A stretch of 20,000 nt of DNA, taken from IMG/VR virus record IMGVR_UViG_3300040816_000784; one strand, given 5' to 3'. Below, piece by piece: positions 16,665 through 20,000 of this stretch. Below the pieces are notes generated by a model that was not told the DNA's origin, ran no database searches, and saw only the letters and a program-made list of their open reading frames with translations. The position numbers and the translations under genes are program-made. Numbering within the stretch: position 1 is the stretch's first letter; the number at the start of each line of letters is the position of its first letter. The DNA comes from an uncultured virus (IMG/VR IMGVR_UViG_3300040816_000784). Its lineage: Duplodnaviria > Heunggongvirae > Uroviricota > Caudoviricetes.

Positions 16665-16695
16665 AAGGGCCGTTAGAAATAACTGCCCTTTTTTT
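16665..16695 (+). terminator. Intrinsic terminator with GAAA tetraloop
   Basis: AAGGGC-C-GTTA-GAAA-TAAC-T-GCCCTT-TTTTT. Confidence 0.88.
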
Positions 16696-16703
16696 GTGGT
16701 TGT

Positions 16704-16711
16704 GATAAATA
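16704..16711 (+). promoter_or_regulatory. Late promoter GATAAATA
   Basis: Between the terminator and the lysozyme gene. Confidence 0.7.
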
Positions 16712-16744
16712 CAAACATATAGAAATATTTTAAAGGAATCACAA

Positions 16745-17215
16745 ATGTTTTTTAGAAAAGACACAACACTAGATCGCGAAGCGGTCTTTGAACAACTCAA
16801 AATTGATGAAGGAGTAGTACATGAAATCTATCTCGACCACCTCGGGTATCCCACCTTTGGAGTCGGTCACCTTATCCTCGAAAGTGATGAGGAACATGGA
16901 AGGCCAGTTGGAACTCCAATTAGTGAAGAAAGAACACGGGCGTGTTTTGAAAGAGATCTTGACATTGCCATCGGAGAGTGTGAACTATTATACGAAGATG
17001 GGGTCTTTGGAGACTTACCAGACGAAGTTCAGCAGATCTTGGTCAATATGATGTTCAATATGGGTCGTACTAGACTCAGCAAATTCAAAAAAATGCATGC
17101 CGCTATCTTAGATGGTGACTGGAAAACAGCCGCAATAGAAGGTAGAGACAGCAGATGGCACAAACAAGTAACTAATCGTGCTGAAAGATTGATGGAAAGA
17201 TTAGAGAACGTATAA
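16745..17215 (+). CDS. T4-type lysozyme (GH24)
   Basis: E-x8-D-x5-T triad (DEGVVHEIYLDHLGYPT), GVGH, NMMFNMG, SRW..Q..NRA.RL. Confidence 0.93.
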   Translation: MFFRKDTTLDREAVFEQLKIDEGVVHEIYLDHLGYPTFGVGHLILESDEEHGRPVGTPISEERTRACFERDLDIAIGECELLYEDGVFGDLPDEVQQILVNMMFNMGRTRLSKFKKMHAAILDGDWKTAAIEGRDSRWHKQVTNRAERLMERLENV

Positions 17216-17877
17216 TGAAAATAACTGATTTTTTAAATGAGGCAGATCAAGTAAAGGCAAAAGAAAAAAAGCCTAAAAAGATTAAGCCTAATAAAGGTAA
17301 CGAAAGTCCACATCCTATGAGGGGAAGACTTGTTGGGGAAAGTAAGCCTCAAAAACAAAAACCTTATGACCCAAATAAAAATCAGCCTAACCCAGTAGCA
17401 AAGCATTCACGTAATAAAAGTGGTGCTGGTTCTCATAAGTCTGCTAAAGATTATGATAGAAAAAATAAACAATCAGACATTAGATCACAAATGGATGAAG
17501 GTACATACGTTGCCGACAGAATGGAAATCATAGATTACATCTTAAAAGAAATTAAAAAAGAAGCATACAACGATATCGGTATGATAAAACACCTAGCAGA
17601 TATGATAGGTAAGAAAGTTAGTGTAAGATATCACAAACATAAAAAAGAAGGCGGAGTATTGCAATTAGAAATGTATGATGGCAATATACCTTTTAATAAG
17701 TGTCCACAATGTGAAGGTGAGATAGTTCACATTGATGAGGCAGAAGGCAAAAAAGATGCCTGTTACCACAAGGTTAAATCAAGATACAAAGTATGGCCCA
17801 GTGCTTACGCCAGTGGTGCATTAGTACAATGCAGAAAGAAAGGTGCTAAGAATTGGGGAAATAGTAAGAAGAAATAA
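17215..17877 (+). CDS. Modular basic protein, candidate capsid-internal protein
   Basis: N-terminus MKITDFLNE resembles the T4 capsid targeting sequence; C-terminal module DACYHKVKSRYKVWPSAYASGALVQCRK. Confidence 0.6.
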   Translation: MKITDFLNEADQVKAKEKKPKKIKPNKGNESPHPMRGRLVGESKPQKQKPYDPNKNQPNPVAKHSRNKSGAGSHKSAKDYDRKNKQSDIRSQMDEGTYVADRMEIIDYILKEIKKEAYNDIGMIKHLADMIGKKVSVRYHKHKKEGGVLQLEMYDGNIPFNKCPQCEGEIVHIDEAEGKKDACYHKVKSRYKVWPSAYASGALVQCRKKGAKNWGNSKKK

Positions 17878-17878
17878 C

Positions 17879-18544
17879 ATGCTAATCAAAGAAATTATAG
17901 AAGACATAACTACTCTTAATACAGAACCTAAGTTAGGTAAACTTCCACATGAAGAAGTAGAGTCAGTTATTCATCAATGGGTCAATCAAGAAGATCACAT
18001 AGAATTAAGTAATGGCATGCATGTACTCAGTGGTGAGAATCACGGCTATGATGATAATGTAGCACTCATAGTTGATGCTGATTATAAAATATTGGATCAC
18101 GATGATGACATTGTTGAACTAATGCAACAATTCACAGCACAAGAAATAGACCCAAGCATTGTAGAAACAATAGTTGAAAAATGTTGGAAAGGATATCAAA
18201 AGAAAGGCATGAAAACCATGTTCGGAAAACGTGTGCCTAATTGCGTTAAGAATGAAGCAGTAGAAGAAAATTTAAGAGCCTGGTTTGGCAAAGGCAAAAA
18301 AGGCGGAGCCGGTGGTGGCGGTTGGGATAGATACAACACCAAAGGCGAACGTATTGGCAAGTGCGGAGACAGTAAGAAGGGCGAGGGTAAGCCTAAGTGT
18401 TTAAGCAAATCAAAAGCCGCAAGTTTGAGGGCCAAAGGTGGTAAAGACGCCATTGGTGCCGCAGTATCAAAGAAGAGACGTAACGACCCAAATAAGAACA
18501 GAAAGGGTAAGGCCAAAAATGTTTCTAATATCAAAGGGAAGTAA
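17879..18544 (+). CDS. Modular protein, candidate capsid-internal protein
   Basis: Start moved to ATG 17879 (MLIKEIIE); acidic N-terminal domain, then basic Cys-pair modules CWKGY..VPNCV and LRAWF..GW..KCG..KPKC. Confidence 0.6.
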   Translation: MLIKEIIEDITTLNTEPKLGKLPHEEVESVIHQWVNQEDHIELSNGMHVLSGENHGYDDNVALIVDADYKILDHDDDIVELMQQFTAQEIDPSIVETIVEKCWKGYQKKGMKTMFGKRVPNCVKNEAVEENLRAWFGKGKKGGAGGGGWDRYNTKGERIGKCGDSKKGEGKPKCLSKSKAASLRAKGGKDAIGAAVSKKRRNDPNKNRKGKAKNVSNIKGK

Positions 18545-18550
18545 ATAAGT

Positions 18551-18811
18551 ATGTATTGGTTATTCATATTAGCATTAAAAAGCATTCTATCAAGTATAAT
18601 TGGTAGTAGTTTTTATCAATGGTTTAAGAATACAAAAGCCGGCGTATGGTTTCAAGTAAAATTAGACAATACAATGGAATGGGTTGCAGAAAGATACGAT
18701 ATCGAAATTGCCACTAAAGAAGATAAGTGGTTATCTCAATATCCAAACTTAGCAAAACGTATAGAGGACCTGGAAAAGGAAGTAAAAATATTAAAAAATA
18801 AAAAGAAGTAA
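18551..18811 (+). CDS. Hypothetical protein with hydrophobic N-terminus and C-terminal coiled coil
   Basis: 86 aa ORF packed within the operon. Confidence 0.7.
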   Translation: MYWLFILALKSILSSIIGSSFYQWFKNTKAGVWFQVKLDNTMEWVAERYDIEIATKEDKWLSQYPNLAKRIEDLEKEVKILKNKKK

Positions 18812-18982
18812 ATGGCAAAAGCAAGTAACAGAAACAAACACACATCACTAATAAATGGAAAAGGAAGAAAATGCTCTTCTATTGGAGTTGGAGGCAGAGG
18901 TAGAAAAACTAAAGTTAGTATGTCGACTATGAACAAGTCTAAGAAAAGACAATTAAAAGTTTATAGAGGACAGGGGAAGTAA
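18812..18982 (+). CDS. 56-aa highly basic protein ending YRGQGK (absent from the ORF track)
   Basis: MAKASNRNKHTSLINGKGRKCSSIGVGGRGRKTKVSMSTMNKSKKRQLKVYRGQGK; fills the gap between neighbouring genes. Confidence 0.8.
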   Translation: MAKASNRNKHTSLINGKGRKCSSIGVGGRGRKTKVSMSTMNKSKKRQLKVYRGQGK

Positions 18983-18983
18983 C

Positions 18984-19196
18984 ATGCCAGTAAAATTTGG
19001 AAAAACTACTATTGTTAGAGACAGACAAACTGGTAAACTTACAACACAACATGAGTACATGAAGTCTAAATCCAAAGAGGAATTATTCGATTATATCAAC
19101 AATGGACAAAAACCTAAAATTAAACAAAAATGTCGCAACGAACTTGCTAGGCGTGGAGTTAAAATAGTTTATGTCGATAGATCATCAGAAGAATAA
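18984..19196 (+). CDS. Small basic hypothetical protein
   Basis: 70 aa, starts 1 nt after the previous stop. Confidence 0.7.
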   Translation: MPVKFGKTTIVRDRQTGKLTTQHEYMKSKSKEELFDYINNGQKPKIKQKCRNELARRGVKIVYVDRSSEE

Positions 19197-19893
19197 CGAA
19201 CCCTGTTTCTCTATAGTAGATATCAGAAACCCTAAAATATTAGATATATTAAACACCAGTGTAGAATTAGGGTTGTTTGATGATACATCAAAATCAAAAA
19301 TTAAATACGAATCCGTAGACTACGAAAAAGAATCTACAACATATTGTAGCATTGACTTTTTTAGGAATGTAGTCGAACCTAATAAACAGAACCACGGCAG
19401 AATCAATAAAGACCTTTTGATTGATGCAAATGGAAATGAACGTTCAAGTGCACCACCAATCAAACACAAAAAGAATGGCTTTGCAGATAAAACTCCAGGT
19501 GGAAAATACTTTATAAAATGTTTTGAAGATATTACTGGCTTAGATCTAGGGGATGGTTCTCAACCATTTGCTGGGTTTAGATCAAGTGTTTATCATCCAG
19601 ATGGTTATTTAAGTTGGCACAAAGACAATTACTATGGTGTTTATACTATAATGTTTAGTTATTGTGTAGACAATCCCAATGGTTTTTACAGGTGGGTAGA
19701 CAATCACACTGGAGAAATTACCACATTACCAGATAAGCCTGGATGGTCTTGTAAGTCTATGTTAAACATAGATGACGAACATGCAGAATGGCACACATTA
19801 TATACTGCAACTCCTAGATGTTCATTAGTACTAACATTTGGTGATTTTGCAGATTATGTTAAGTTAAGAGATTTTATTCAATCTGATAAATAG
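19171..19893 (+). CDS. 2OG-Fe(II) oxygenase-like (double-stranded beta-helix) protein
   Basis: YHPDGYLSWHKD (HxD), distal WH, RCS (RxS). Confidence 0.6.
   Translation: MSIDHQKNNEPCFSIVDIRNPKILDILNTSVELGLFDDTSKSKIKYESVDYEKESTTYCSIDFFRNVVEPNKQNHGRINKDLLIDANGNERSSAPPIKHKKNGFADKTPGGKYFIKCFEDITGLDLGDGSQPFAGFRSSVYHPDGYLSWHKDNYYGVYTIMFSYCVDNPNGFYRWVDNHTGEITTLPDKPGWSCKSMLNIDDEHAEWHTLYTATPRCSLVLTFGDFADYVKLRDFIQSDK
19885..19892 (+). promoter_or_regulatory. Late promoter GATAAATA
   Basis: Overlaps the oxygenase stop, 28 nt before ATG 19921. Confidence 0.6.
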
Positions 19894-19920
19894 TATTAAG
19901 TATTAAACAACGGATATTTT

Positions 19921-20000
19921 ATGAAACTTTATAAATTTTTAACAGAAGCAATAAACTATGCAGAACCAGATCCCAAACCAGAACAAGATATCGTAGATAA
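19921..20000 (+). CDS. 5' part of a gene beginning MKLYKFLTEA (capsid-targeting-like N-terminus), truncated
   Basis: Open to the window end; late motif upstream. Confidence 0.6.
   Translation, partial: MKLYKFLTEAINYAEPDPKPEQDIVD

Noticed and set aside
16345..16800. 151-aa minus-strand ORF
   Set aside because: Antisense to a gene with promoter, SD and terminator; crosses regulatory elements
16821..17051. Alternate-frame ORF inside the lysozyme gene as an embedded spanin or holin
   Set aside because: No lipobox, TM segment or convincing SD
18196..18936. Minus-strand ORFs of 129 and 66 aa
   Set aside because: Shadows of Lys/Gly-rich plus-strand genes
1..20000. Interpretation as a bacterial chromosome segment
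   Set aside because: clpX without clpP/tig, rpsU without dnaG, T4-late motifs, T4-type lysozyme and dense small ORFs point to a phage; no tRNA, rRNA, integrase or transposase was recognised

Overview
AT-rich, densely packed segment of a large T4-like (myovirus-type) bacteriophage genome, probably infecting an aquatic Proteobacterium (inference from gene content and promoter types). It holds a dense block of host-type auxiliary genes: ClpX, an extended ribosomal protein bS21, cytochrome c, a ferritin-like protein, FdxA ferredoxin, a TorF-like outer-membrane barrel, two nucleotidyltransferases, QueD and UvsE. It also encodes two nucleases (one restriction-endonuclease-like, one thermonuclease-like), two peptidoglycan hydrolases and modular candidate capsid-internal proteins. 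Two promoter classes are visible: sigma70-type (often AAAAGG-TTGAC-N-TAnnnT) and T4-late-type (G/T)ATAAATA. Several promoters sit 5-8 nt from an ATG, which implies leaderless mRNAs. The strongest signal not explained by gene calls is motif avoidance. By manual scan GCWGC is absent (all 20 Ala-Ala pairs use GCC/GCG in the first codon), and AGCT and GCGC are strongly depleted, in a window that also encodes a restriction-like nuclease and QueD. All calls come from motif recognition by eye; no searches were run.
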